A stretch of DNA of 61,577 bases. Origin: a virus (Duplodnaviria > Caudoviricetes). A model generated the notes under the pieces. It ran no database searches and had not been told where the DNA came from. It saw only the letters and a program-made list of their open reading frames with translations. Below, piece by piece: positions 8,418 through 18,730 of the stretch. Within the stretch, counting starts at the first letter, position 1. The number at the start of each line of letters is the position of its first letter. Location of the stretch: IMG/VR virus record IMGVR_UViG_3300016471_000824, positions 1 through 61,577 of that record; one strand, 5' to 3'. Both the position numbers and the translations under genes were made by a program.

Positions 8418-10562
8418 TTACGGACCACAACTAACACAATTAATATTGTACGAAATAATCACACTAATCACCACAGTTGCATCAATATAATCTATAGATG
8501 GATTACATAAAGTACTTATTGTAATTTCACCAGTAACAGGATTAATTACCACACTTTCTATTTCAGAATACAAATCTAATAAAATTTCCACAGCATTATA
8601 AAAAATAGTATCTGATGGAAAATCAGTAAGTCCTGATGTTGTATAAAAACCTATTGAGTTAGTTACCCCATTCACATCTACTTGACAAACAAATGTAGCA
8701 GCACTTAATAAACAATTAGTATCACCAGATGTTAAATCATGGAAACCTTCTAAAAACATTTGTTGTAATCCTTTTTTAATCAATTGTCCAGAGTTTTTGA
8801 AATCACCATCACATAAATTGTAAACTTGGTATGAGGTGATTAGATTATATCCAAAAAGGGATACACTCCTTGTTTGATTACAACCAAAATCATCTGTAAC
8901 ACTTAATGTGTACGTTCCTGCAGTAAGTCCAGATATAGTTGAACCAGTTTGTCCACTCGGTACATTTGAACTCCAATTATAAGAGAAGGGGGGTTCACCA
9001 TCTAATATAAATGTCTCTATTACACCATCATTACCCGCTAAGGGTGATATTGGATTTAGAATAAAGTTTACAGACGAAGAACTTGGTATAAGAATTGGAA
9101 TAAATTGTTGACATAGATTTGCATCTATTACTGATGCTGTGTAATTACCTGAAGCTAAACCAGAAAATGTATATCCTGATAAACTCGTGTTAACTATGAC
9201 ACCATCCAATTGATAAATATATGGTGGTGTACCACCACTACTTATATTCAATGTAACAATACCATTATTTTGTCCACAAGTTGTACCTGAAACTACAGAA
9301 CTTAAGTTATAAAGAATTGTATTATTAATGGTTACTGATTGAGTGAAAACACAAGGTCCCCCATCTGTTATTTGTAAAGTATAGCTACCCGATTCTAAGG
9401 CGTTGAAATTAACGTTTGTTGCATTTGTTATCGTTGTTGCTGAATTTCCAGTATAATCTATTAAAGTGTAGGAATAGGGAGGTGAACCACCAAACAATGA
9501 AACAGATATAACCCCAGTATTATTATTACATAAAGAATTTGTTGTAGAAACCGATACATTTGTAAATGAATTTGGAGTTAATAAAACTGTTGAGGCAACA
9601 AAATTACAAAGACCAGCATCGGTTACACTTACTGAGAAATTACCTGCTGGAAGTCCTGTAAAAGTATGACTTGAACCAAATGTAACAATAACAGCACCAT
9701 TAGAACCTGAATAATAAAAAGGTGCCGTTCCACCTGTTGCTACAATTGTAACTGAACCATCAGACGTATAACATGAAGGATTTGTTATTGTAAAAGTTCC
9801 AAATCCTATTGGAGGTACTTCGTCAACAACAACACCTAAACTACTTGAACATCCTGCACTATCAGTAACAACAACATTATAATTACCTGGTGTTAATCCT
9901 GTAATTGATTGTGTAGTTGAACCATTAGACCATAGATAAGTATAAGGCGGAACTCCAGTTTGTCCTGTAACATAAATAGCCCCTGAATCTACAGCACAAC
10001 CCGCATCATTAATAACATAAACACCAAAATCTAATGTTGAGGATGATTTGACGATACATGATTCTGACTTACCAGTACAACCACCACCATCATCTGCGAC
10101 AACATAATACGTACCTGCTGACAACGAACCAAAAGTAAACAAATTATTAAAACTTTGACCTGAACTTATAAATCCATTATTTGTTTCATAAAGTGAAAAT
10201 ATAGGTGAATTATAAAAGTTTGTTGTGTCAGCAGTTAAACTACCATTATTTAAATTACAAGTTGTATTTTGTATTTCAGTTATGGTTACACAAGTACCAG
10301 TAGATATATAAACACTTACTGGAAATGTAGTGCTGCCACCTGAACAACTATCAATGACACTAAATACATAAGAACCACCCGAAAGATTAGTTAAAGAGTA
10401 ACCAGTTGCACCACTTAAGGGAATTGTCCCGAAATTGGGACTTATCCATGAGATTGTATAATCAGGAGCACTACCAAAAATACTAACATTGAAAGCACCT
10501 ATGGAAGAATTACTACAATCACCAGTTACACTATTTACTACTACATCTAAAAAACAAGCCAT
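8418..10562 (-). CDS. SprB-repeat adhesin-like virion protein
   Basis: About 7 repeats of C...G.I....GG..PY.Y.W...GL..G.Y.V.V.D..GC. Start reassigned to the ATG at 10562 (MACFL), which overlaps the upstream TAA (TAATG). Confidence 0.75.
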   Translation of the reverse strand: MACFLDVVVNSVTGDCSNSSIGAFNVSIFGSAPDYTISWISPNFGTIPLSGATGYSLTNLSGGSYVFSVIDSCSGGSTTFPVSVYISTGTCVTITEIQNTTCNLNNGSLTADTTNFYNSPIFSLYETNNGFISSGQSFNNLFTFGSLSAGTYYVVADDGGGCTGKSESCIVKSSSTLDFGVYVINDAGCAVDSGAIYVTGQTGVPPYTYLWSNGSTTQSITGLTPGNYNVVVTDSAGCSSSLGVVVDEVPPIGFGTFTITNPSCYTSDGSVTIVATGGTAPFYYSGSNGAVIVTFGSSHTFTGLPAGNFSVSVTDAGLCNFVASTVLLTPNSFTNVSVSTTNSLCNNNTGVISVSLFGGSPPYSYTLIDYTGNSATTITNATNVNFNALESGSYTLQITDGGPCVFTQSVTINNTILYNLSSVVSGTTCGQNNGIVTLNISSGGTPPYIYQLDGVIVNTSLSGYTFSGLASGNYTASVIDANLCQQFIPILIPSSSSVNFILNPISPLAGNDGVIETFILDGEPPFSYNWSSNVPSGQTGSTISGLTAGTYTLSVTDDFGCNQTRSVSLFGYNLITSYQVYNLCDGDFKNSGQLIKKGLQQMFLEGFHDLTSGDTNCLLSAATFVCQVDVNGVTNSIGFYTTSGLTDFPSDTIFYNAVEILLDLYSEIESVVINPVTGEITISTLCNPSIDYIDATVVISVIISYNINCVSCGP

Positions 10563-13500
10563 TACACACAATAAATTGAGAAGTTTATTCCGACATTTAA
10601 CTTAAAGTTAATACCGACCTCAGAAACAGAACATATCTGATTATATACTACTATAGTATCACTACTAGTAAAGTAATAATCATAACCCAAAGGTTTGATT
10701 AAATTTAAGGCAGCTACCAATGCTGTATCCCAATCAGATGTAGTAGGATAACTCAAAGGTATCAAGTTATATCCAATACCATTGAAAAATGAATATGAAA
10801 CTACTTGTATATTATCGATTCTGATATCAACATACCATTCAGTTGATAAAGTATTCAAACTACAATTGTTTGTGTCATATCCGATTGATGTTAAATATTC
10901 ATTCAGTAATTGCCCTAAAACGTTTCCAAAACTACCGAGATTTGGGTTACTTTTCCAAGGATATTTAGAACACTCAGTATTTTGTACGGCACAATCAAAG
11001 GTATATAAATTATCTATTAGTTCACAAGGTCTACATGGATTTGGTCTCAAGGATTTGGGTGTAGTAGAGTTTGAACAAACTACACTAGAGGTAGAACTTA
11101 TCGTTCCAGCTATATTTGTAATATTTGTCCATATACCACCAACAGGACAATCTGAACTTGAATTCAGAGTCCCAACTAAAAAACCATCGTAATAGTATTC
11201 CCATCGTGTAGAACCTGAATTATAAGAAATTACCATATCTCTACTCAATCCACAACAAGGATCATAACCCAAAAAAGATTCTTTCCCATTAACATATCCA
11301 TTTGGACTTAAGATACTTATAAGTGTACTTGTATTTCTTGATGAACCGGTTAAACTTATACATTCACATGATTGAGTTGAACTAGGGGTTGTTGTTACAA
11401 TTTGACATCCTCTTTGTCGCTTCCATTGAAATTTTTGTCTATGAAAGATTGAATTTTCTAACTTCACACCAGTGTTCCATATAGTTGTTGCTGGAACCAT
11501 TTGTTCAATTAAACGTATCCAATAATCTCCCAAACCATTAACATATTCAATCATAGTTCGGTATGTAAAATTATTATTTTCTATATTAACATCCTGTAAT
11601 GATTGTAAATATTTCCAATAAATCGATTGTAAAGTTGGGTAACCACTTGTTTTACCATCAGTGGAGTATTGTCTGTTTCTTACGTTGATAGTGTTTTTCC
11701 AAAAAGTTTGAGCGAATTCAAAAAAAGTTTTTTGTTTGGGTTCTGGATTAATTATAGTCCAATCGACACCACCTCTGTCTGGATAACAAGTTGGGGCATT
11801 TGGAAAACAACTATTTGGATTAACATAATTTAAACCTTCATTTGGTATTGGATAATTATACAAACGTGACATATACCATACATCATATAACAAACCTTGT
11901 GCAGGATTTAAAAATATTTCAGTATTTTTAACGTTCAAAACTAATTTATCATCAGATACAAAGTATCTTGCATTAATATTACCATCCAAATTAACTCTCA
12001 ATAAAACTTCAGTATCATACCAAGATTTATTGTTATCAACTGAGGGTGAAATATTATATCCCAATTGTAAAAAAGGAAATTTTCTAAACCTATCCAAATA
12101 TTCCTGACCATAAGTGTAAGGTTTCAAACTTGTTTGATAGTCAGGATTCAATCCGCGAAAAACACTTAAAGTTGTATTAACTTCTTCAGGTGCTCTGTGT
12201 TGTGGTGTTTGTTCAAACCATCCACTTCCTATTTGAAAAAAATATGTATCACTATCTGTTATAGTTTTAGGGAAGCCAAATTCATCTATAGGGAATTCAT
12301 CGATAGTAATGTTAACATCCCTAATTGTGGCTATTGTTGTAAATCCAGTGTATTGTATACCAAATAAAGTAAAAACGTTTGAACTTTCTAATGTTGGTGT
12401 TTGTTCAACTAAAGTACCACCTGATATTTGTGCAAAATAACTATTGAATTTGTTTATATTGATTCGTTGATCGGCTAAATAAACATATTCATTAAATTCA
12501 ACCAAAGCTTCTGGTGCACCAATTAATCTCAATAAATTTTCTATGGACTTTCTTGTACCTTTTGATTTGAATAAATAAGCGGTGTTCAAAATAACATTTC
12601 TATAAAACTGATAATTCAATTCATTTGGTGTTTTGGAAATAGGTACACCACTATACGAGGACTTTTCTTGATTAGATTGTCCAAACACTGAGTTCAAAAA
12701 GTCCGTATTTGTTATTGGTGAAATGTTTGTTTGCCAACCCAAAGTTTGAGCCAAATTTCTTAATAGCTGAGAGGGTATATCATTTCTGACATTATAATTT
12801 ACTGATGTTACATACGACAAACTATTAATATACTTATTTACCTCATCAAAACTTCTTCCATAAATTTGTAATACTTTATCCATCTTTTGTCCGATGGTAT
12901 CAAATTCTTTAAAAGCAGGTGTTGTAAAAAATCTTGATATTAAATCGGTTCTATAAGAATCAAATGATACACTTATATCATTGAGTGTTGTTAAATAATC
13001 TGTAAAAGAACTCGAAATAATGTCTAAATTCCATAATCCTAAAATTGGCCAACTTACTGAAGCAGTATCCGAATAGTATGTTCCATCTTCTGTTTCTTTT
13101 GGTACAACAAATGATGCGGTATATATAGGTGTTGCATTTCTGTTCAAAAGAAAATTCTCCACTTCGTCCAAATTCTCATTGAATACTTTATTAACTTCAC
13201 TATCATTTGGTCTGATAATTATGTTTCCAAAAACATTAGTTTCACCAGAAAATGGATTACCAATAATGGTTATATTTAAATTACCTGATGTCAATGAGTT
13301 TGTTGGTATTATACGTTTCAATTGATAACCATTATCACCATAATAAAGCGAATATTTAGCATATTCCAAAGTCATATTTCTCAAAGAAGATACTGGTATT
13401 TCTCTTAATGATAGATTTCTCGTAGAGTTAGTTGTAAAATCTATACCGAATGGATTTCTTATTTTTGTTAAATCTAAGTTAAAAGTAGTTTCATTATAAA

Positions 13501-13927
13501 TCGGATTGAAAACAATATTGAAAGCTGTTACTCCTGTTGTATAATCGTTTCTTAAAGTTGTTGATTCTATAGCAGCGGGAAAATAACTAATTATTTGTGT
13601 TACAGCTGCAGACATCCTTTTAGACATAGATCCATAAAGCACAAAATTATTTACTTGAGTTAAATCAAAATTTGGATAAACTTTATAATTATTTTCAATA
13701 ATTGCTTTAGCTTGATTTATATCAACAATCCCTAAAGAATCTAAACTTATTGGATTCGAAAAAGTACCAGTAGAAAAATTTCTATTTACTTTTTCACTTG
13801 CTGAGAGTGTGAAGTTAAATGTTCCTTGTGTCAAACCACCACCATTCACTAGTTGTAAACCAACTAAATTATTTGCAAAAGTACCAACACCTGATGGAGT
13901 TTGAGGAGGACATGTATATTTTGCCAT
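10562..13927 (-). CDS. Baseplate wedge subunit (P2 gpI / T4 gp7-like)
   Basis: LLRNLAQTLGW...YLFKSKGTRKSIENLLRLIG...EFNEY, the tail_P2_I-type motif. Confidence 0.65.
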   Translation of the reverse strand: MAKYTCPPQTPSGVGTFANNLVGLQLVNGGGLTQGTFNFTLSASEKVNRNFSTGTFSNPISLDSLGIVDINQAKAIIENNYKVYPNFDLTQVNNFVLYGSMSKRMSAAVTQIISYFPAAIESTTLRNDYTTGVTAFNIVFNPIYNETTFNLDLTKIRNPFGIDFTTNSTRNLSLREIPVSSLRNMTLEYAKYSLYYGDNGYQLKRIIPTNSLTSGNLNITIIGNPFSGETNVFGNIIIRPNDSEVNKVFNENLDEVENFLLNRNATPIYTASFVVPKETEDGTYYSDTASVSWPILGLWNLDIISSSFTDYLTTLNDISVSFDSYRTDLISRFFTTPAFKEFDTIGQKMDKVLQIYGRSFDEVNKYINSLSYVTSVNYNVRNDIPSQLLRNLAQTLGWQTNISPITNTDFLNSVFGQSNQEKSSYSGVPISKTPNELNYQFYRNVILNTAYLFKSKGTRKSIENLLRLIGAPEALVEFNEYVYLADQRININKFNSYFAQISGGTLVEQTPTLESSNVFTLFGIQYTGFTTIATIRDVNITIDEFPIDEFGFPKTITDSDTYFFQIGSGWFEQTPQHRAPEEVNTTLSVFRGLNPDYQTSLKPYTYGQEYLDRFRKFPFLQLGYNISPSVDNNKSWYDTEVLLRVNLDGNINARYFVSDDKLVLNVKNTEIFLNPAQGLLYDVWYMSRLYNYPIPNEGLNYVNPNSCFPNAPTCYPDRGGVDWTIINPEPKQKTFFEFAQTFWKNTINVRNRQYSTDGKTSGYPTLQSIYWKYLQSLQDVNIENNNFTYRTMIEYVNGLGDYWIRLIEQMVPATTIWNTGVKLENSIFHRQKFQWKRQRGCQIVTTTPSSTQSCECISLTGSSRNTSTLISILSPNGYVNGKESFLGYDPCCGLSRDMVISYNSGSTRWEYYYDGFLVGTLNSSSDCPVGGIWTNITNIAGTISSTSSVVCSNSTTPKSLRPNPCRPCELIDNLYTFDCAVQNTECSKYPWKSNPNLGSFGNVLGQLLNEYLTSIGYDTNNCSLNTLSTEWYVDIRIDNIQVVSYSFFNGIGYNLIPLSYPTTSDWDTALVAALNLIKPLGYDYYFTSSDTIVVYNQICSVSEVGINFKLNVGINFSIYCV

Positions 13928-14835
13928 TACGAAGTGATATTAGTGAAGTTTTTACTGAAATCTATATTGTTACCTCTGTCTTGTCTTACCTCGAATAGAA
14001 GCTCGTTAAATTGGTCTCTGATTTCGTATAGATTATATTGTCTATAAATATTATTTTGACTATCATAATAGGTGTACATGCCATCATCAATAGATTTAGT
14101 TTGATTACCGTAAAGTGCTATCGCTAAAGTGGAGAAGTCATGTTCGGCAACTTCAATATCTAATGTTATAGGGTTAAAAAATGTGTTAGAAATTATTATA
14201 TCTTGGTCAGGTTGTCCAATATAAGGTATTGCATTTGGTTTATTTGTTGGGGCTGATGATGGAGAAAGTGTGCAAAATAGTAATCCACTATTAGTGTCTG
14301 TATATCTATATCTGATAGCTTTTTGAGAAGTATTAGTCAAGTTTTGAATTACTGGTTCACAAAAAAAAGATGATGTAATTACTCTGAAAAAATTTGGTAT
14401 TTTTGAACCATCGGTGTTGAGATATTCAATTCTGAACCCTACTAAACCTTGATTTGTAAATTTATTCCTATATTGATTTGGTACTTCATTTAAATCAATT
14501 ATAATTCCTCTAACGTTGGGTAATGCGGACAAAACACCACAATCCAATATTTTTGTTCTGATTTGTGTTGGTCTTAAGTATATAGTGTATATCCCGAGGG
14601 CGTTGAATTGATCTGCCGGTAATTTTAAATTATATAAACCACCCAATATTTCTATATTGGCATTTCCACCTGTATTTGAATTATTGAAATATGGTCTTAA
14701 TATTGATACTGAATCTAACTTCGTTAATACAAAATTAGCAGTGTCATCTCTAGAGGGAGTATAATGTAAAATTATCTCAACGTCTTCTGGTGAAACATCG
14801 GATGGTCTTATAGTACCATAACTTGCGAGTGCCAT
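13927..14835 (-). CDS. Hypothetical protein, probably structural
   Basis: 302-aa ORF, TAATG-coupled to the next gene; TATTTAT at 14878-14884 (minus). Confidence 0.55.
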   Translation of the reverse strand: MALASYGTIRPSDVSPEDVEIILHYTPSRDDTANFVLTKLDSVSILRPYFNNSNTGGNANIEILGGLYNLKLPADQFNALGIYTIYLRPTQIRTKILDCGVLSALPNVRGIIIDLNEVPNQYRNKFTNQGLVGFRIEYLNTDGSKIPNFFRVITSSFFCEPVIQNLTNTSQKAIRYRYTDTNSGLLFCTLSPSSAPTNKPNAIPYIGQPDQDIIISNTFFNPITLDIEVAEHDFSTLAIALYGNQTKSIDDGMYTYYDSQNNIYRQYNLYEIRDQFNELLFEVRQDRGNNIDFSKNFTNITS

Positions 14836-14890
14836 TTATTATTTTTTTAATATAAGTTTATATCGACTAACCTATTTATAAATATTAAAG

Positions 14891-16069
14891 TTATAACTTT
14901 GTAACTTTAAAAAAACCATAGCCGTAATTATCTAAATCACCAAGATTATCAACTTCACCTAATCTTATTAAAGTTTCTATACCTGAATTTTTTCCCCTTT
15001 CAACAAAAACGTTTGATTGTATTACTGGTTCATCAATCACATTTAGTAATGCCTCATTTTTTGTTATTGCTGAACAAACCATATCGACCTCAGAAACACC
15101 ACTTACAATAAATAAAGTAGTTCCATCTGGATAATCATAATAATCAACACCATTAATTGTATAAGCAGTATAACCATCAGGGTTAGGACCCCAAAAAGTT
15201 CCAACAACATTCGAACTACCAGTAACTTGTAATCCAATCTTATATTTACCTAAATAGAAATTTGGGTCGTTTAATGAACCATAAACTTCCAAATCATTTA
15301 AACCTGATTTACTGAAACCAGAAATTATCAAAGGTGAATTACCCAAAAATGTGTTAAACCCATTCAATGTGGTGTCACAATCAGAATCACCACTATATAT
15401 GTAATCATAATTTAAAGCGGCTCCTGACCAACTTCCACCCAAAGGTGTAAAATATGCAGTACCATTTGGGTTATTAATTGTTATTGAAGAAAATGGTATC
15501 GTTAACGTTTTTTGGATTGTATTATAACCCCAAGGGCTCATTCCTGACATTGTTATTGTGTATGAACCACTTGAACTATAGGTGTGTGTGTACGGTGTTG
15601 ATGTATAAGGTCCAATAGTACTTGTTGTACCATCTCCCCACCCTATTTGATAGTTAGAAAAACTTAAATATTTTTTTAGTTCTTTTTCCGAGGTATTATA
15701 TAGTATAACAGTAAAATTATTCGGGAAGATTGTCGAACCAGTGAAAATAAAGTTAGTCATAACATCTTGTTGTAAAATCATACCATCAAATACTGAGTAA
15801 TATCCGAAATCAACAGCAGATTGTGTAAAAAGAATTGGTAAGGTTAAACCAGTTAATAGAGATGTTCCGTTTGTTCCGCCTGATAATATATCAGTCATAG
15901 ACGAGTATACATAAGTAAATCCAGTGTATTTTTGTGTTGTTGAGAAAGTTGTAACACAACAAGGATCTCCACTTATTTGTGGAGTATAACCTGCAGAATA
16001 CGGAACGATGAATAAATCATTGGATATATTTTCAGGTGAAATTTTTATATTATATATTGTACTTTCCAT
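14891..16069 (-). CDS. PKD-domain structural protein
   Basis: IGWGDGTTST...THTYSSSGSYTITM PKD signature. Confidence 0.65.
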   Translation of the reverse strand: MESTIYNIKISPENISNDLFIVPYSAGYTPQISGDPCCVTTFSTTQKYTGFTYVYSSMTDILSGGTNGTSLLTGLTLPILFTQSAVDFGYYSVFDGMILQQDVMTNFIFTGSTIFPNNFTVILYNTSEKELKKYLSFSNYQIGWGDGTTSTIGPYTSTPYTHTYSSSGSYTITMSGMSPWGYNTIQKTLTIPFSSITINNPNGTAYFTPLGGSWSGAALNYDYIYSGDSDCDTTLNGFNTFLGNSPLIISGFSKSGLNDLEVYGSLNDPNFYLGKYKIGLQVTGSSNVVGTFWGPNPDGYTAYTINGVDYYDYPDGTTLFIVSGVSEVDMVCSAITKNEALLNVIDEPVIQSNVFVERGKNSGIETLIRLGEVDNLGDLDNYGYGFFKVTKL

Positions 16070-16923
16070 TATAAACTTGGTGGATTAACATATTCGTACC
16101 ACTTCATAGGATTTGTTGTTGTACCTATTCTGATGTTATTGTTTTTACCATCGAAAATTTCATATTTTTTTGTGTCATAATTTATTATCACTTTATTGTA
16201 GAAATATATACTTGAGTCAAATTGGTATTTGTTTGGCAAACGACATTGTGGTTCGTTCATCATTCTTACAAAAACTCCTAATTTGGCATCAAAAAATTTC
16301 ATGGACATATAAAATGTATTTAATGATAAAAATTGTGGAACACTTAACCAATACAAAAAAAATCCCTCTTTATCACCAACAAAATCTAATTTATATTTTG
16401 GTATTTTAACTTGTACTGGTGGAATATAAGGAGATATTGAGGTAGTTGTTGTAAATCCTTGTTGTGTTGGTATAATAATGGTAAAATAATTTGTTTGATT
16501 TTTTTCATCAGGTCTATCATAAAAATCTACCTTGAAAAAAGAATTTGCAAAAGAATTTGCAAAATAATATAATTCTTTTGAATCGAAACCCTCAGCTATA
16601 TAACTGTTACCCCAAAGTGTTAAACCAGTTGAACTTGGTGTTGGGCAAGTAGTCGCACTTAGAGTGTTAACATTTCCACTAAAAAAATAAAATTCATAAT
16701 TTAATGATGTCTCAAAATTTGTTGGTGAATATTCATTGTGTGAATATCTACCAATTTCAAAGTCAAATGGAATACCAATAACTTGTCCTAAAACTTCGTC
16801 CTCATATAGTTCAATACTATCGGTTCTACCTAAGAAATCTTCTGTGATTTCAATAGGAATGTTAATCTCTTGTGATGTGATTGGTATTGTTATATAATAT
16901 CTGTTACTATTCACAATTATCAA
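16069..16923 (-). CDS. Hypothetical protein, probably structural (start uncertain)
   Basis: Long ORF overlapping both neighbours in the baseplate operon. Confidence 0.55.
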   Translation of the reverse strand: MIIVNSNRYYITIPITSQEINIPIEITEDFLGRTDSIELYEDEVLGQVIGIPFDFEIGRYSHNEYSPTNFETSLNYEFYFFSGNVNTLSATTCPTPSSTGLTLWGNSYIAEGFDSKELYYFANSFANSFFKVDFYDRPDEKNQTNYFTIIIPTQQGFTTTTSISPYIPPVQVKIPKYKLDFVGDKEGFFLYWLSVPQFLSLNTFYMSMKFFDAKLGVFVRMMNEPQCRLPNKYQFDSSIYFYNKVIINYDTKKYEIFDGKNNNIRIGTTTNPMKWYEYVNPPSL

Positions 16924-18730
16924 TTAATGGTTGAGTTATTATAGTTTGTTCAGTATAATTAGTGCCTTCGGGTATTATTCTAAAAGTATAATTTTCATAT
17001 GGATAATGAACACCATTTAAAAAAGGATAATCATATCCCAATCCAGATGTGTCAACAAAACCATATGGATACAAATCTCTCCATCTAAAAGTATTTTGTG
17101 TAGATGAAAAATAAGCATAATCAGGTACACCAACAATTGAATTAAAATTACCCTCCTCTATATACTCTGAAAAAACTCTTATAGGTAAACTATAGAATGG
17201 TTTATAATAGTATCCTTTAGAATTGAGATTTTCTATTGTGTTTGAATTTGTTGCAAAGACATAAGGATTATATCTTATTTTATGGTATATTTCCACAATC
17301 ATTCTTTCAGTTTGCGCAAAGTTGTTCCATTCACAAATGTCGCCATCTATTTCATCACCATAATTAAGTGTTTCAACATAGGTGAATCCATATTGTGGTT
17401 GTGAAGTTTGGGTGGTTGTATATGTACCAATTGGAAAATTTGTTTCCGATCTCGATTCAGAATTTTGCCACCAAGTACTAGGTTGATTTGTTGTTGTATT
17501 AATTGGTAAATTAAATTCCCAGCCTTGTTTTAATCCATAAAAACCGATTTGAGGTGGAATTTTTGGCATACCTAAAGTCCAACCAAAGTAACCCTTCCAA
17601 ATTACTGTAAAAAATAGTTCAGTTAGGGGCCTTCTTTGATTATCTAACAAATTACCAATATCTATTTTTTTATTAAATGCCAAAGAATATGCTTGACTCC
17701 CCTCTTTTACTGAAACTCTCGCTTGACCATCAGGTGTAAATCCACTACTTTCATATTTTTTTACGTTATTATAACTATTTTCTTCGAAACCAGTTTTTAC
17801 TAAAATAGCATCATTAGCATTAGTTATAATTTTATGTCTTCTAACATAATATTGAGATATGGTATCATTGACATCATTTGGATTTAATACTCTTTTTGCA
17901 GTACCTTTAAGTCCAACACTGAAAGTTGTTCCAGTATATCCAAAATCTATCAAATTAAAAATATATTCCTCTGAACCAAAATTAAAGTCTCCTAAACTAT
18001 AAACTTGAAATAATCTATTATTATCATATGTAAAATTTACACTGAGTTGGACGTATTCTCCAATGTTCATACCATGTTTAATTGGACATCTAAATCTTAA
18101 TATGTTTCTTCCATTATAAGTCCCTTTTGTTAATACAAATGGTATTCCATCACTGACAGTCCAATTAACGGTTTCGTAATATGGATTATTTTCATCAGGT
18201 ATCAAAAAAGTTGCGGAGTGTTCTTTTGTAAAGTCATTATCATATCCATAAGAGATAAAGAAATTCCAATTATAAGTGCTCGCACTACTCGCAACAAAAT
18301 TTATGTGATTATTTGGTGGTATTGTATAACCTGAAATATTATAATCATTCCTTATAAAATCGAATTCATTATAAAGTGGAAATCCACCCCAAGGTAATGG
18401 TGAACTATTATTATTATATAAACATCTTGAACTTATAACTTCTTCTGCATTTGTGTAGTAAAGGTTTCTCTCGAATGGTCTGTAGTTTGTTGTACCAGTA
18501 TAAGCATTTTTAAAAACAATATTAAATTTACAAGAGGGTCTCAAAAAATTTGAGGCTTCCCTTTCGTCTTGAAACACTTGTTGTAAATTGATGTTGGCGC
18601 TTCTTTCGTACTCAATCAATTCACGTTGGGTGCTTTTGAATGGTACTTGAAGGGACAAATCAGTATCAGGAGCTGATTTGTACCTTAAAGAACCCAAAAC
18701 AATTCTTGTATAATTAATATTTCCCATCAA
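16907..18730 (-). CDS. Hypothetical protein, probably structural
   Basis: 607-aa ORF overlapping the upstream stop; aromatic/beta-rich. Confidence 0.55.
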   Translation of the reverse strand: MMGNINYTRIVLGSLRYKSAPDTDLSLQVPFKSTQRELIEYERSANINLQQVFQDEREASNFLRPSCKFNIVFKNAYTGTTNYRPFERNLYYTNAEEVISSRCLYNNNSSPLPWGGFPLYNEFDFIRNDYNISGYTIPPNNHINFVASSASTYNWNFFISYGYDNDFTKEHSATFLIPDENNPYYETVNWTVSDGIPFVLTKGTYNGRNILRFRCPIKHGMNIGEYVQLSVNFTYDNNRLFQVYSLGDFNFGSEEYIFNLIDFGYTGTTFSVGLKGTAKRVLNPNDVNDTISQYYVRRHKIITNANDAILVKTGFEENSYNNVKKYESSGFTPDGQARVSVKEGSQAYSLAFNKKIDIGNLLDNQRRPLTELFFTVIWKGYFGWTLGMPKIPPQIGFYGLKQGWEFNLPINTTTNQPSTWWQNSESRSETNFPIGTYTTTQTSQPQYGFTYVETLNYGDEIDGDICEWNNFAQTERMIVEIYHKIRYNPYVFATNSNTIENLNSKGYYYKPFYSLPIRVFSEYIEEGNFNSIVGVPDYAYFSSTQNTFRWRDLYPYGFVDTSGLGYDYPFLNGVHYPYENYTFRIIPEGTNYTEQTIITQPLIDNCE

